Origin: Bacteroidaceae bacterium
Lineage (GTDB): Bacteria > Bacteroidota > Bacteroidia > Bacteroidales > Bacteroidaceae
Assembly: GCA_017614465.1 (NCBI GenBank)
Contig: JAGABW010000011.1
Coordinates: 253-64,252, forward strand
Direction: 5' to 3'
DNA: 64,000 bases
Position 1 is the first letter of the stretch, and the number at the start of each line of letters is the position of its first letter. The notes under the pieces were generated by a model. That model made no database searches and was not told the DNA's origin. It saw nothing but the letters and a program-made list of their open reading frames with translations. The position numbers and the translations under genes are program-made. Below are positions 1 through 9,703 of this stretch, piece by piece.

Positions 1-1479
1 ATGGGTAATACTTATCACTTGTTTGTCAACATTTGCCATCTCAGCCATGATACAAGCCATCTTTTCTGCGATATTACCTGAAACTCCTGTATCAATCTCA
101 TCAAAAATGATAGTTGGAAGTTTCTCTGTGTTTGCAATCAATGCTTTCAAAGCCAGCATAACACGTGCGATCTCACCACCTGAGGCTATCTGGGTAAGAT
201 TCTGTGGAGGAATATTCTTATTTGCCGAGAACAGAAAATCAATATGGTCGATTCCTTTCTCATCGGGATGTTCCTTAGGTGTGACAGCCACCTCAAAGCA
301 CACATTAGGCATTCCCAACTGTATCAATGTTTCTGTTATTGATTTCTTTATCGTTTCTGCTGAGTCTTTTCGTGTCGCTGTGAGTTCATTTGCACATTCC
401 AAGACTGTCTTATATTGAGACTCCTGCAATCCCTTCAGTTCGGCAATTTTATCATCAAAATTATCTATCTCGTCTAATTTCTTAGTTATCTCTTCTTGGA
501 TATTCAATAATTCAGCAACCGACTCTACATGGAATTTCTGTTGCAGAGAATAAATCACATTCAGACGTTCGTTGATAAACTGAAGACGAGCCGGATCATA
601 TTCAACAGCATCGGCCTTAGACGACAGATCTTCTGCAATGTCCTTTAATTCTATAACACAACTGTCTAAACGGCTTATAAATTCGTTTGACGGAGCAAAG
701 ACATCAGAAACCGATTCAAGAGAGTTGATTCCTTTCTTGAGATTTCCTAACGTATCAACATCGGAATCTGACGTAATCATGTTACAGACCACATATAATG
801 CGTTCTTTATGTCTTCCGCATGACTCAGTAATTCTGATTCGGTTTCCAGCTTTTCTTGTTCATCCAAAACCAGTTCTGCATCACTGAGTTGTTTTAACTG
901 ATAACGCAGATAATCCTCATCGTCATGATTGCGTTTGGCATTATCCATCAATTCGGTCAGTTGTCGGCAGGTTTCTTTGTATTGCTTATATGATTCCAGA
1001 TACTTAGTATATACCGCACCGTTTCCAGCAATGGTATCAACCATATTCATTTGGAATTCCTCACGGTTAAGCAACAGATTCTGATGCTGTGAATGAATAT
1101 CTATAAGTTGTTCTCCTATCTCCTTCAGTTGACTCAGCGACACAGGTGTGTCATTGATAAAAGCACGACTTTTACCTGTTGCTGTCAGCTCGCGACGGAT
1201 TATACACTCGTTATCGTCGGCATCAAGGTCATTATCTTCAAAAAAACGGGCCAGACGTTCACTATCAGTCACATCAAATACTGCTTCAATCGTACAACGT
1301 TGTTCACCAATCTTTATCGACTTAGAATCGGCACGCTGACCAAGAAGCAAACCGATAGCACCAAGGATGATTGACTTACCAGCACCTGTTTCACCTGTTA
1401 TAACAGAAAAGCCGCTATGAAAATCTATAGATAATTGGTCTATCAATGCGTAATGTTCTATGTTGAGTGACTTTATCAT
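1..1479 (-). CDS. recN: DNA repair protein RecN (N-terminal ~493 codons; C-terminus runs off the window start)
   Basis: Absent from the ORF track because it is open at the window edge. The reverse complement from ATG at 1479 reads MIKSLNIEHYALIDQLSIDFHSGFSVITGETGAGKSIILGAIGLLLGQRADSK (Walker A GETGAGKS). The + strand ORFs at 23-418, 638-823 and 1093-1374 are antisense to it. Confidence 0.9.
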   Translation of the reverse strand, partial: MIKSLNIEHYALIDQLSIDFHSGFSVITGETGAGKSIILGAIGLLLGQRADSKSIKIGEQRCTIEAVFDVTDSERLARFFEDNDLDADDNECIIRRELTATGKSRAFINDTPVSLSQLKEIGEQLIDIHSQHQNLLLNREEFQMNMVDTIAGNGAVYTKYLESYKQYKETCRQLTELMDNAKRNHDDEDYLRYQLKQLSDAELVLDEQEKLETESELLSHAEDIKNALYVVCNMITSDSDVDTLGNLKKGINSLESVSDVFAPSNEFISRLDSCVIELKDIAEDLSSKADAVEYDPARLQFINERLNVIYSLQQKFHVESVAELLNIQEEITKKLDEIDNFDDKIAELKGLQESQYKTVLECANELTATRKDSAETIKKSITETLIQLGMPNVCFEVAVTPKEHPDEKGIDHIDFLFSANKNIPPQNLTQIASGGEIARVMLALKALIANTEKLPTIIFDEIDTGVSGNIAEKMACIMAEMANVDKQVISITH

Positions 1480-1507
1480 AGGATTCTATCTTTAACTGAG
1501 TGTATTC

Positions 1508-3025
1508 TTAAAACTGAAAATATATAAATGGTTGCACTTCCGATGATTTTGTCTGAATCACAATATATATCACAATCACGATGAGCAATGCTTTAACAAG
1601 CAATGGCATACGTACAACCTTGTCTTTTGTAAAATCAGACCATCTTGCAGGAATGAAATGAAGGAGAAAGCCCAACAGCATCAAACAACTTACAATTGAA
1701 TAACCTGTAACCCATTGAAGTGCGATCTGTGGTTCGAAATGCAGTCCTATCTGCATTATCATTGCCAGTGCATCCTCGAAATTTCTTTGACGGAAGAAAA
1801 TCCATGCCAGACATACGAAATGGAATGTAATTATCACACCCAAGAAACGCATGAAGCCATGAGATTTATAGTGTTTTGGACGACGAAGAATGGTATTCTT
1901 TATTTTATCGACCACGAGTGCCAAACCATGCATTCCACCCCATAAAATGAAGTTAAGACTTGCTCCATGCCATAAACCACCGAGCAACATCGTTATCATC
2001 AAGTTCAAATATTGACGGAATTTACCATGACGATTTCCGCCTAATGAGATATAGAGATAGTCTCTCAACCACGAAGACAGACTTATATGCCATCTGCGCC
2101 AGAACTCTTCAATAGATGCTGATTTATATGGTGATTCGAAGTTCTTTGGGAAACGGAAACCTAACAACAGAGCAATACCAATTGCCATATCACTATATCC
2201 CGAGAAATCACAATATATCTGAAGAGCATATCCATAAACAGCCATCAAATTCTCAAATCCACTATATAAAGTAGGCTGATCAAAGACTCTCTCCACAAAA
2301 TTCACACTTATATAATCACTGATAACAGCTTTCTTGAATAATCCGCCTACGATATAGAATATGCCTGCACCGAACATCTCCTTTGTTACCTCCAACGGCT
2401 TGCGTATCTGTGGCAGGAAATCACGTGCACGTACAATCGGACCTGCTACTAATTGTGGAAAGAAACTCACATAAAATGCATAATCAAGTATGTTGTTAAG
2501 CGGTTTCAACTGTCCTCTGTACACATCAATCGTATAACTCATTGACTGGAATGTGAAGAAACTGATTCCTACAGGAAGAAATATATCAAGTGCTGTGAAA
2601 TGTCCGCCACAGAAACTTGCATACAGTTCTCCGAAGAAATTGGTATATTTGAAATAGCCTAAGAGTCCTAAATCAACCAAAAGACTGATTATAAGCAGAA
2701 AACGTGCCAATGCACTATGTTTTATCTTTTGAGTTCCTTCTTCTACAATCGTGTTACGGGCATTTATCTTATTGATTGCTGCTGCTATGATGAAATCACT
2801 AAATGTTACAATTGCCAACAAATAAAAATATTCACCGCTACTCTTATAATAGAAAAAATAAGAGAATGCTGTAACAAATAACAAGCGTAAGGTAGTTGTC
2901 TTACCTAACAGCATGTATATAAATGTAAAACCAAGAAACAGCCACAAGAAAAATCCCGAAGAGAAAATCATCGGAGATAATTCATCGTACTTTAACAAGG
3001 CCTCTATTTTTGTATAATCTATCAT
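1508..3025 (-). CDS. MBOAT family O-acyltransferase (AlgI/DltB/PatA-like)
   Basis: 505 aa polytopic membrane protein with an MBOAT-like core (WRRWHISLSSWLRDYLYISLGGNR...LWHG). Confidence 0.85.
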   Translation of the reverse strand: MIDYTKIEALLKYDELSPMIFSSGFFLWLFLGFTFIYMLLGKTTTLRLLFVTAFSYFFYYKSSGEYFYLLAIVTFSDFIIAAAINKINARNTIVEEGTQKIKHSALARFLLIISLLVDLGLLGYFKYTNFFGELYASFCGGHFTALDIFLPVGISFFTFQSMSYTIDVYRGQLKPLNNILDYAFYVSFFPQLVAGPIVRARDFLPQIRKPLEVTKEMFGAGIFYIVGGLFKKAVISDYISVNFVERVFDQPTLYSGFENLMAVYGYALQIYCDFSGYSDMAIGIALLLGFRFPKNFESPYKSASIEEFWRRWHISLSSWLRDYLYISLGGNRHGKFRQYLNLMITMLLGGLWHGASLNFILWGGMHGLALVVDKIKNTILRRPKHYKSHGFMRFLGVIITFHFVCLAWIFFRQRNFEDALAMIMQIGLHFEPQIALQWVTGYSIVSCLMLLGFLLHFIPARWSDFTKDKVVRMPLLVKALLIVIVIYIVIQTKSSEVQPFIYFQF

Positions 3026-3119
3026 AAATATCTGAAATGGCAGACATTCTTACACCATTCTGTAATGTGTATAGTCTGAATTCTAATCATTGTTTACCGC
3101 TGGCATCACACTGATGTCT

Positions 3120-4529
3120 TTATCGGCATTTTAAACGACGTTGATAATTCATTTTTCCATTCTCGAGTGCATCAAACAGCAGTTTTCCAAGAACTGCCCC
3201 TCCTTTGAAGTTTATATGTGTGTAATCCAGATTGGCTAACCCTTCACGTTGCATTTTGGCAGTACTTCCAGACCCACCCATCGCTTGTTGCAGATTCCAA
3301 AAAGCCACATGCTCCTCTTGCGCCATCTGTCGTTGTGCAGCAACCAGTTCTGTAACACCTTTCATGGTCTCAAACTGGCCATTAGCCCCTCGTTTGTCCC
3401 TGTTACTTACACTGACAATGAGGATACTTGTTTTAGGATATGCCTTACGGAAATTATGAATTCCTTTTTTAAACTTATCGCAATATGCATAATAGCCTTG
3501 TCGGGTTGGAGTTGACATGTTCAAGCCATAATGCATTATTATAAGATCATAATGACGTAGTTTGGCAAAATCTGTCAAGGTCTCAACTGGGATAGTTGAC
3601 AAATGCCAACCAACACTACCACGCATAGAGAAATTATCCACTACAACACCTTTTGTTCCCTCTAAAGCTAAACCATAGAAGCGACCGCCTCCACTTACAT
3701 CTGCTGTGAAACTACCGATTTTGCCTTTATAGACATCTGATTTCAGACCTAAGCTGATATTCTGAACTGAATCCGACAATGAATCAGGCTTATTCTGGCC
3801 GTGTGATGCCACACATTTTGTTTCCTTACCATTGATTGATGCCACTATATTGGTGTTCACATCTGGGGTATAGAACAATGTTACCTGATCTACACTATCA
3901 AGATGTTCCGGGAATACTCGTTGCTGTCCACGCACATTTATACGTGCACCTGAATTTGGGATATAATAACGTGAATTTATTCCTTGTAATGCAGAATTAA
4001 AGCCTTTTCCACGATCTATCACACTATAATCCTGCCATCCGCTGCTGTTTTCAATAACAGTGGTACGGAATCCTGCAACCTGTGAATGAATATCGATGAA
4101 ACCGACACCGCAACCACCATATTGTGTCTGCAGATAATCGCGCAAATTGGCTGTAAAGATATCACCCTCGATGAATGAATCGCCGAAATAGGCAATGCGG
4201 ACAACTCGTTTCTTTGTGTTGCCGAGAGCCTCATAGAAAGAATCCATCTCACGGTCAATCATCATCGAATCACGAAAATCCTCGATAGGAATCATTCCTT
4301 CTGGCACAGAATCGGTTTTGGCAACGACTTTTAGGCGTTCCAATCTTATAGAATCCTCATATTGTTGTGCTTGTTCCGCTTCTTTCTGTTCTGCGTCAGA
4401 GTTTGATCTCACATCCGACAATATATCAACCTTACGGAGTTGTACTCCGAAAACAGTCAATGGAGACAAATAATACATTGCCCCAAGAACCGCCACAACA
4501 ATCAATGTGAGTATAAATGTACGTTTCAC
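3120..4529 (-). CDS. SGNH/GDSL-type hydrolase or acyltransferase partner of the MBOAT protein
   Basis: N-terminal signal anchor, GDS block (IAYFGDSFIEGD), and position immediately downstream of the MBOAT gene. Confidence 0.65.
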   Translation of the reverse strand: MKRTFILTLIVVAVLGAMYYLSPLTVFGVQLRKVDILSDVRSNSDAEQKEAEQAQQYEDSIRLERLKVVAKTDSVPEGMIPIEDFRDSMMIDREMDSFYEALGNTKKRVVRIAYFGDSFIEGDIFTANLRDYLQTQYGGCGVGFIDIHSQVAGFRTTVIENSSGWQDYSVIDRGKGFNSALQGINSRYYIPNSGARINVRGQQRVFPEHLDSVDQVTLFYTPDVNTNIVASINGKETKCVASHGQNKPDSLSDSVQNISLGLKSDVYKGKIGSFTADVSGGGRFYGLALEGTKGVVVDNFSMRGSVGWHLSTIPVETLTDFAKLRHYDLIIMHYGLNMSTPTRQGYYAYCDKFKKGIHNFRKAYPKTSILIVSVSNRDKRGANGQFETMKGVTELVAAQRQMAQEEHVAFWNLQQAMGGSGSTAKMQREGLANLDYTHINFKGGAVLGKLLFDALENGKMNYQRRLKCR

Positions 4530-4563
4530 TTAAATATTCTCTTTTATTGCTTTCAAAAAAAGG

Positions 4564-5076
4564 TTATTCGTCAACCACTGGAAAATGTAGGCTGGAAAGA
4601 ACCTTTTTCACATATGGTCCGCACATAGGTTTCATTTCCCGAAGATACTTAACTGTAACTTCTGCGTAATAATCATCCTTCCATATCACACGACGATAAA
4701 AATGATAACCATTTTCAATTCCTGAAATATCAAATCCATCCTTACGAAGTTTAGAACTCTTTAATTCCACCCCGCTGCTAACATATCGATTAATAGTTTC
4801 TTTATATGAATCTGATAATGATTTGGAAAAAATATTCATATCGTTGAATCCTCCAAACACAATTATACAGGCCTTTTCTGCGTTAGCTCCTTTCATCTTA
4901 ATTGTCACGCCGTCCTTTGCCATCGGTTCTTCACCTGCAGTCATGAAATCGGGATAACTTACAACATAACCATAACGATCATTAAAATAAGTTTTCATCG
5001 ACTGAGCATTTATTTTCCCAACGAAAACAAACGCAGCAACAATTACTATTGTAAAAAACTGTCTTAGGAAATTCAT
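4564..5076 (-). CDS. hypothetical secreted protein
   Basis: 170 aa ORF with a signal peptide (VAAFVFVGKINAQS). No recognisable motif. Confidence 0.6.
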   Translation of the reverse strand: MNFLRQFFTIVIVAAFVFVGKINAQSMKTYFNDRYGYVVSYPDFMTAGEEPMAKDGVTIKMKGANAEKACIIVFGGFNDMNIFSKSLSDSYKETINRYVSSGVELKSSKLRKDGFDISGIENGYHFYRRVIWKDDYYAEVTVKYLREMKPMCGPYVKKVLSSLHFPVVDE

Positions 5077-5300
5077 CGATAATTTATATTGTGCATATTC
5101 GTTGCAAAGTTACGAAATATTTAGCATTTTACAACATACAACAATCAAATTATTATATTTTACATAAAAACTTAAGTTTTTATAAACCAAATCATCTTAT
5201 ATCGTTGATTATCGACTATGGATAAATTCGGGAAATGCTGTCATATAAACACTATTAATCCGAATAATCCATAACGGAGAATCAACAGACGAGGATATCT

Positions 5301-5336
5301 AATAAAAGTTCTCGCACCAGCAAGGCACGAGAACTT
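5301..5336 (-). terminator. intrinsic terminator downstream of 5383..6378
   Basis: 9-bp stem AAGTTCTCG/CGAGAACTT, followed on the minus strand by TTTTATT. Confidence 0.6.
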
Positions 5337-5382
5337 CTATCATTTATGATTCTTATTTACTTTATCAGGATAAAAAACGTTT

Positions 5383-6378
5383 TTAACTATATAAATCTAC
5401 AATTTCATAGAATTCTTTCTTACCCGATTTTCCACCAAAATCATATCCTTTCAATGGAGTTATCTCATACAGGTTCTTTCCTTTATCGTCTTTAGTTGCC
5501 ATTTTGAAAGAGCCTTTTATGTTTACACGACTTTCATCCACAGTGTAAGGTTCATCACCAAGAACATCCTTCAAATCAAAGTGATATCCATATTCGGACT
5601 CATCGTTAAGACCATCATACTCTGAGCACCAGAACTTACCTTTGTATCTGTATTCCAGAATCTCGCCGGCAATACCGACTTCATATGTTATCTTCCAATC
5701 AGAAGTAAAAGTAAAAAGTTTACTATATGGTTTGCCGTCCTCCTCGTATTCTTTCATTATCATTTTCGGACCGTAAAAAAGAGATATCTCTTCTCTCTCA
5801 CCTTTACCATTGACTGCAACAATGCCTTGATGATCCATAAAATTATCGTCCAAATCATCAAAATCACTTTCTTTCAACACATCGAAGCCTTTAATATCAC
5901 GAAAACCATGTAATGCGCCAGATGTCTCAAAATCTCCATTTTCTACTGCCAGGAACACGTCCAAGATCTCTACAGTTCCGTCGTCCATCAACATACACAG
6001 TACTGGATGATAATCCTGACCGATATCTTTCATGAAAACACTTACGACCGTATCGCCCTTGGTCTCAACCATACGTGGTTCTGTACCTACATGCCACTGA
6101 TCCTCGTCGATTCCTAAAAAACGTATTGCTTCGGGAATATTGAATGACAATTCAACCTTTCCATCTTTTATCGTTGCTCTGTATGACCACGAATCGCCAT
6201 CCATACATCCATATTCACATTCAGTCTGTAAATCAAACTTTACAGCAGGCAACGTGTCTTTTACTGAGACCTCAGTAGAGTCGCTATCGCCTGTGTTGCC
6301 ATTGTTCTGTCCTGTACATGCGCAACATAGCACACAGGTCATCAAGATGAATATCTGAATCTGTTTAGAAAACCTCAT
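5383..6378 (-). CDS. hypothetical acidic lipoprotein
   Basis: 331 aa with signal peptide plus Cys (LCCACTGQ). Asp/Glu-rich; no recognised domain. Confidence 0.65.
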   Translation of the reverse strand: MRFSKQIQIFILMTCVLCCACTGQNNGNTGDSDSTEVSVKDTLPAVKFDLQTECEYGCMDGDSWSYRATIKDGKVELSFNIPEAIRFLGIDEDQWHVGTEPRMVETKGDTVVSVFMKDIGQDYHPVLCMLMDDGTVEILDVFLAVENGDFETSGALHGFRDIKGFDVLKESDFDDLDDNFMDHQGIVAVNGKGEREEISLFYGPKMIMKEYEEDGKPYSKLFTFTSDWKITYEVGIAGEILEYRYKGKFWCSEYDGLNDESEYGYHFDLKDVLGDEPYTVDESRVNIKGSFKMATKDDKGKNLYEITPLKGYDFGGKSGKKEFYEIVDLYS

Positions 6379-6395
6379 AATAGTCCTTTTTTATA

Positions 6396-6821
6396 TTAGC
6401 GTTTGAAGAAATCAAAGAAAAAAAACAAAGCCGCATAACGTTGATCCACGCCTTTTGCTGAACCTATACACGAATTACTTCCGTTACGTACGGTTCCATC
6501 AGAACAAACCCTACCAATCATTGAGTTTGAGCCGTTACGCACGGTGCCGTCTCGTTCCACCCGTCCTATTGCAGAGTTGGAACCATTACGTACAGTTCCG
6601 TCGCTGTCAAGTTTTCCAACACGTGAGTTAGACGAGTTTCTTATTGTTCCATCTCGTTCAATCTTTCCTATTGTAGAATTTGAACTGTTACGCACTGTGC
6701 CATCACTTTCAATCCTACCGATATACGCATTTGACTGATTGCGCAAGTCTTGTGCTTTAACAACATCTGCCGACAGAAGCATTACACCAAGAATCAGTAG
6801 AAAGAATTTAATTCGTTTCAT
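6396..6821 (-). CDS. secreted tandem-repeat protein (17-aa repeat SNSxIGRxExDGTVRNG)
   Basis: Signal peptide followed by five full and one partial 17-aa repeats. The antisense ORF 6544..6738 is a repeat artefact. Confidence 0.75.
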   Translation of the reverse strand: MKRIKFFLLILGVMLLSADVVKAQDLRNQSNAYIGRIESDGTVRNSSNSTIGKIERDGTIRNSSNSRVGKLDSDGTVRNGSNSAIGRVERDGTVRNGSNSMIGRVCSDGTVRNGSNSCIGSAKGVDQRYAALFFFFDFFKR

Positions 6822-7003
6822 ATATCAATGATTTTAGGTTTATATTGTTTATATAAGATAATTTTACATGTTTATAGTTTAAATCACAACCAATAATTGT
6901 GTTCAACACGTAAGAACATTTACGTTAAAACAAAAATACCTTAACACTGAGTAAATCTACAGCAGCGTTAAGGCATTTCTTTATTTAATAATCAAATGAT
7001 GAA

Positions 7004-8368
7004 TTATGCTTTTGCTGCTTCTGTCTTTACACTTTTCTTCTTTCCGTATTTAACAGCGAGGAACACAATTCCACCAATCACTAACAATATACAAATTGCA
7101 AGAATCGGACGGTAGAACAACCATGCAATGGCGATAACGACAAGTGACCATACAAGACCAACGATAAACGCAATCACATTTGCACCGAAATTGAGGATGC
7201 TTGAGATGAATGGTATAATCTTAGCCAAAGTAACGAAGATGTTAAGCACACCTTTTATACCAAATATCACGATAGCAATACCTACAAGACGTAAAATCCA
7301 TGTCATCATGCTATTTTCGTCTTTTGCACTCTGAATCATCTCTGCGCTTGATTTTGTTCCCATATCAAGACGAGAGAATTTCTGTCCGTTGCCTGCCACA
7401 TACTCAGCGAATGTAGCCTTCTCAACTTGAGCAATAATTGATACGTCGTTACTTGCTGGAACAATCTCATACTTAACCATGATATCACCGACAGAAGGAG
7501 CACTTGGATTTTCACCGAGGTAAATTGTGTTACCACTTATATGGATATAATCATAATTGGTTTCTTCCCATTCTGTTGGAACATCAATTGAATCATTCTT
7601 AACCTCTGAGCTGTCTGCAACTTCGTTCACTTCTGTCTTAGAAGGAACAGACTTTGCAGCAGACTGACTTTCAATAACATCACGTCCGTTATCCTTGTAA
7701 ACCTTACGAACGGCATTATCATATTTTGATAGTAATTCATCTGAAAGAGTTACATCAAATGCCTCAGAACCACCGATAGACGAAATAAGGAAATTAGGTA
7801 ATTTATATGCGCCAAAAGACACGTCACTTGCCTGGAATGATGTATTTTCCAAGTCTCCACACACTGTAAAGTTGTAGATTTTAGTACCCATGCTTCTGCT
7901 TTCCTCGCTTACTGCATTCTGGTTAAAGTCATTAGAATTCACAGGTCTGCTTGTCCACTCGCGTGAATAACTATATGTAGTAACGGTTTCCTGACCACCG
8001 CCAAACTTATCCTTAGTTTCTTCTTTCTTGTCTTCTACCCACTGATAATACTTGACATCACGAATGAGTTTTGTCGCATTTGTCTGTATCTCAAACTGAT
8101 CATCACGAAGTTGATCGTGCGCAACCGCCGTTCCTGTAGCATGAACCAGTTTTCCATTAAATGAGTTGTCAACACTTGAAATGTTGCTCATTTCTACCAC
8201 ATTTTTCTCAGCATCCTTTATCGCATCTGCTGTCTTCACTGCACGACCTTCATTCCACCAAAGAAGGATTGTACCACCTATAAATAAGATTATTCCCATA
8301 AGAATTCCACCAAAGGAATTCTTCACACGTGAACCATAACTTGTTGTTGTTGTTTCTGTGTATGCCAT
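7004..8368 (-). CDS. TMEM43/LUMA-like (DUF1625-type) membrane protein
   Basis: One N-terminal TM followed by LLWWNEGRAV, a large soluble domain, and a cluster of C-terminal TM helices. This is the architecture I recall for bacterial TMEM43 homologues. Confidence 0.6.
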   Translation of the reverse strand: MAYTETTTTSYGSRVKNSFGGILMGIILFIGGTILLWWNEGRAVKTADAIKDAEKNVVEMSNISSVDNSFNGKLVHATGTAVAHDQLRDDQFEIQTNATKLIRDVKYYQWVEDKKEETKDKFGGGQETVTTYSYSREWTSRPVNSNDFNQNAVSEESRSMGTKIYNFTVCGDLENTSFQASDVSFGAYKLPNFLISSIGGSEAFDVTLSDELLSKYDNAVRKVYKDNGRDVIESQSAAKSVPSKTEVNEVADSSEVKNDSIDVPTEWEETNYDYIHISGNTIYLGENPSAPSVGDIMVKYEIVPASNDVSIIAQVEKATFAEYVAGNGQKFSRLDMGTKSSAEMIQSAKDENSMMTWILRLVGIAIVIFGIKGVLNIFVTLAKIIPFISSILNFGANVIAFIVGLVWSLVVIAIAWLFYRPILAICILLVIGGIVFLAVKYGKKKSVKTEAAKA

Positions 8369-8517
8369 AGTTTTAATAGTTTAAATATTTAAATATAAAG
8401 ATTAATAATCGTAATTACTATTGTAAAAAATATTACATACTTGCGACAAAGGTAAATATTATTATCCAAACTACCAATTTATAACCAATATTTGTTAACA
8501 AACACAAAAAAATGATA

Positions 8518-8553
8518 ACATAAAAGGTTGGATTCTTAACTTAGAAGCCAACC
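8518..8553 (-). terminator. intrinsic terminator ending the propeller gene array
   Basis: Minus strand GGTTGGCTTCT-AAGTTA-AGAATCCAACC followed by TTTTAT. Near-identical module at 13554..13587. Confidence 0.7.
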
Positions 8554-8581
8554 TTATCGTTTACTCAACTTGTGATTTCAT

Positions 8582-9703
8582 CTACGAATCCAACAAGTCA
8601 TCAAGTCTTTTATATTTCAAAATCTGTTCTGTCTCAGTATTATTACGTAAAAAATACATATATCCGTCTTTTGAAATGCCAAAACTGGTTATAGTAAATG
8701 GCACATTAACCTTTAATATAGGATTACCGTCCCAATCAAACACCATTAACGAACAAGTTTGCTTATCATCCGAGGTCTCGTAATCTTTATAACTTACACC
8801 ATGATATAACGCCACAAAATAATCAGAATAGGAAACAACCCCGCCAAAACACTTCAACATTGAACCACGTGAGAACATTGAAGTACCAGATTTATCAACC
8901 GCATTTACATCCATCAGCGCATCACCAATGCATAATGTCTTTTTGAACGTACCATCAAAAGAATACAAGTTAATCTGATTCAGTCGCAGCATCGCCTCAG
9001 CTATTCTTTGGTGATCAGGGCTTAAACTATATAAATATGAGATTGTATTTATATCATTCTCAACTCGAAAATCATTAAGAGTCTCAATTCCTGATATATC
9101 TTGGAAAGAATTTCCTGATAACAACTTACGATTATATTTATTATATCCTAATAATAAGTCTGAATAATAGTAAATAGAGTCGTCTAACCTTGACATCCAA
9201 CGACAAGATTGCATTTCAACATTCGGAGTGATATCTGTTATCGAATCATTACCAAGCAACAAGCTCTGTGTCAGATTACATCGGTATAAATGATTCTTAT
9301 TCGTCATGAACTCACAATATAAATTCTTATCATCACATTTAAAAGTCAAAGAAGACGGTGGAGACGAGAACTCATTATGACCATGTCCCTTTCTTATCAG
9401 CCAAGTCTTAAACTGATTATCATTTAGCGAATATATCTTCCAATAATAATCTGCTCCCGTGAAAGCACACACCAACAAACTATCATATATAAACATGTTA
9501 CTACAGCCTTCAATTCCTGTACAAACATTCTGCAAGTCTTTTTCCGACACATCTACGGTTCTTGTAAACGTTATATTTTCCACATCCTCAAAACACATAT
9601 ATGATTCAGGAAGATGATTACAACATCCCAGGAAAAAACACACCCCAATTAGAGATACGATTTTAGTTATAAATCTCAAATGTATATATATAGTATTTAT
9701 CAT
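8582..9703 (-). CDS. 6-bladed beta-propeller-type lipoprotein, paralogue P1
   Basis: Lipobox FFLGCC and a KGHGHNEF motif matching the GxGxxE[YF] motif shared by the paralogues. Overlaps P2 by 41 nt (17 nt if the TTG at 9679 is used). Confidence 0.7.
   Translation of the reverse strand: MINTIYIHLRFITKIVSLIGVCFFLGCCNHLPESYMCFEDVENITFTRTVDVSEKDLQNVCTGIEGCSNMFIYDSLLVCAFTGADYYWKIYSLNDNQFKTWLIRKGHGHNEFSSPPSSLTFKCDDKNLYCEFMTNKNHLYRCNLTQSLLLGNDSITDITPNVEMQSCRWMSRLDDSIYYYSDLLLGYNKYNRKLLSGNSFQDISGIETLNDFRVENDINTISYLYSLSPDHQRIAEAMLRLNQINLYSFDGTFKKTLCIGDALMDVNAVDKSGTSMFSRGSMLKCFGGVVSYSDYFVALYHGVSYKDYETSDDKQTCSLMVFDWDGNPILKVNVPFTITSFGISKDGYMYFLRNNTETEQILKYKRLDDLLDS

Noticed and set aside
23-1374. Several + strand ORFs (23..418, 638..823, 1093..1374, 1148..1339)
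   Set aside because: They are antisense to the edge-truncated recN gene, which the track omits. The recN reading frame translates cleanly from 1479 down to position 1.
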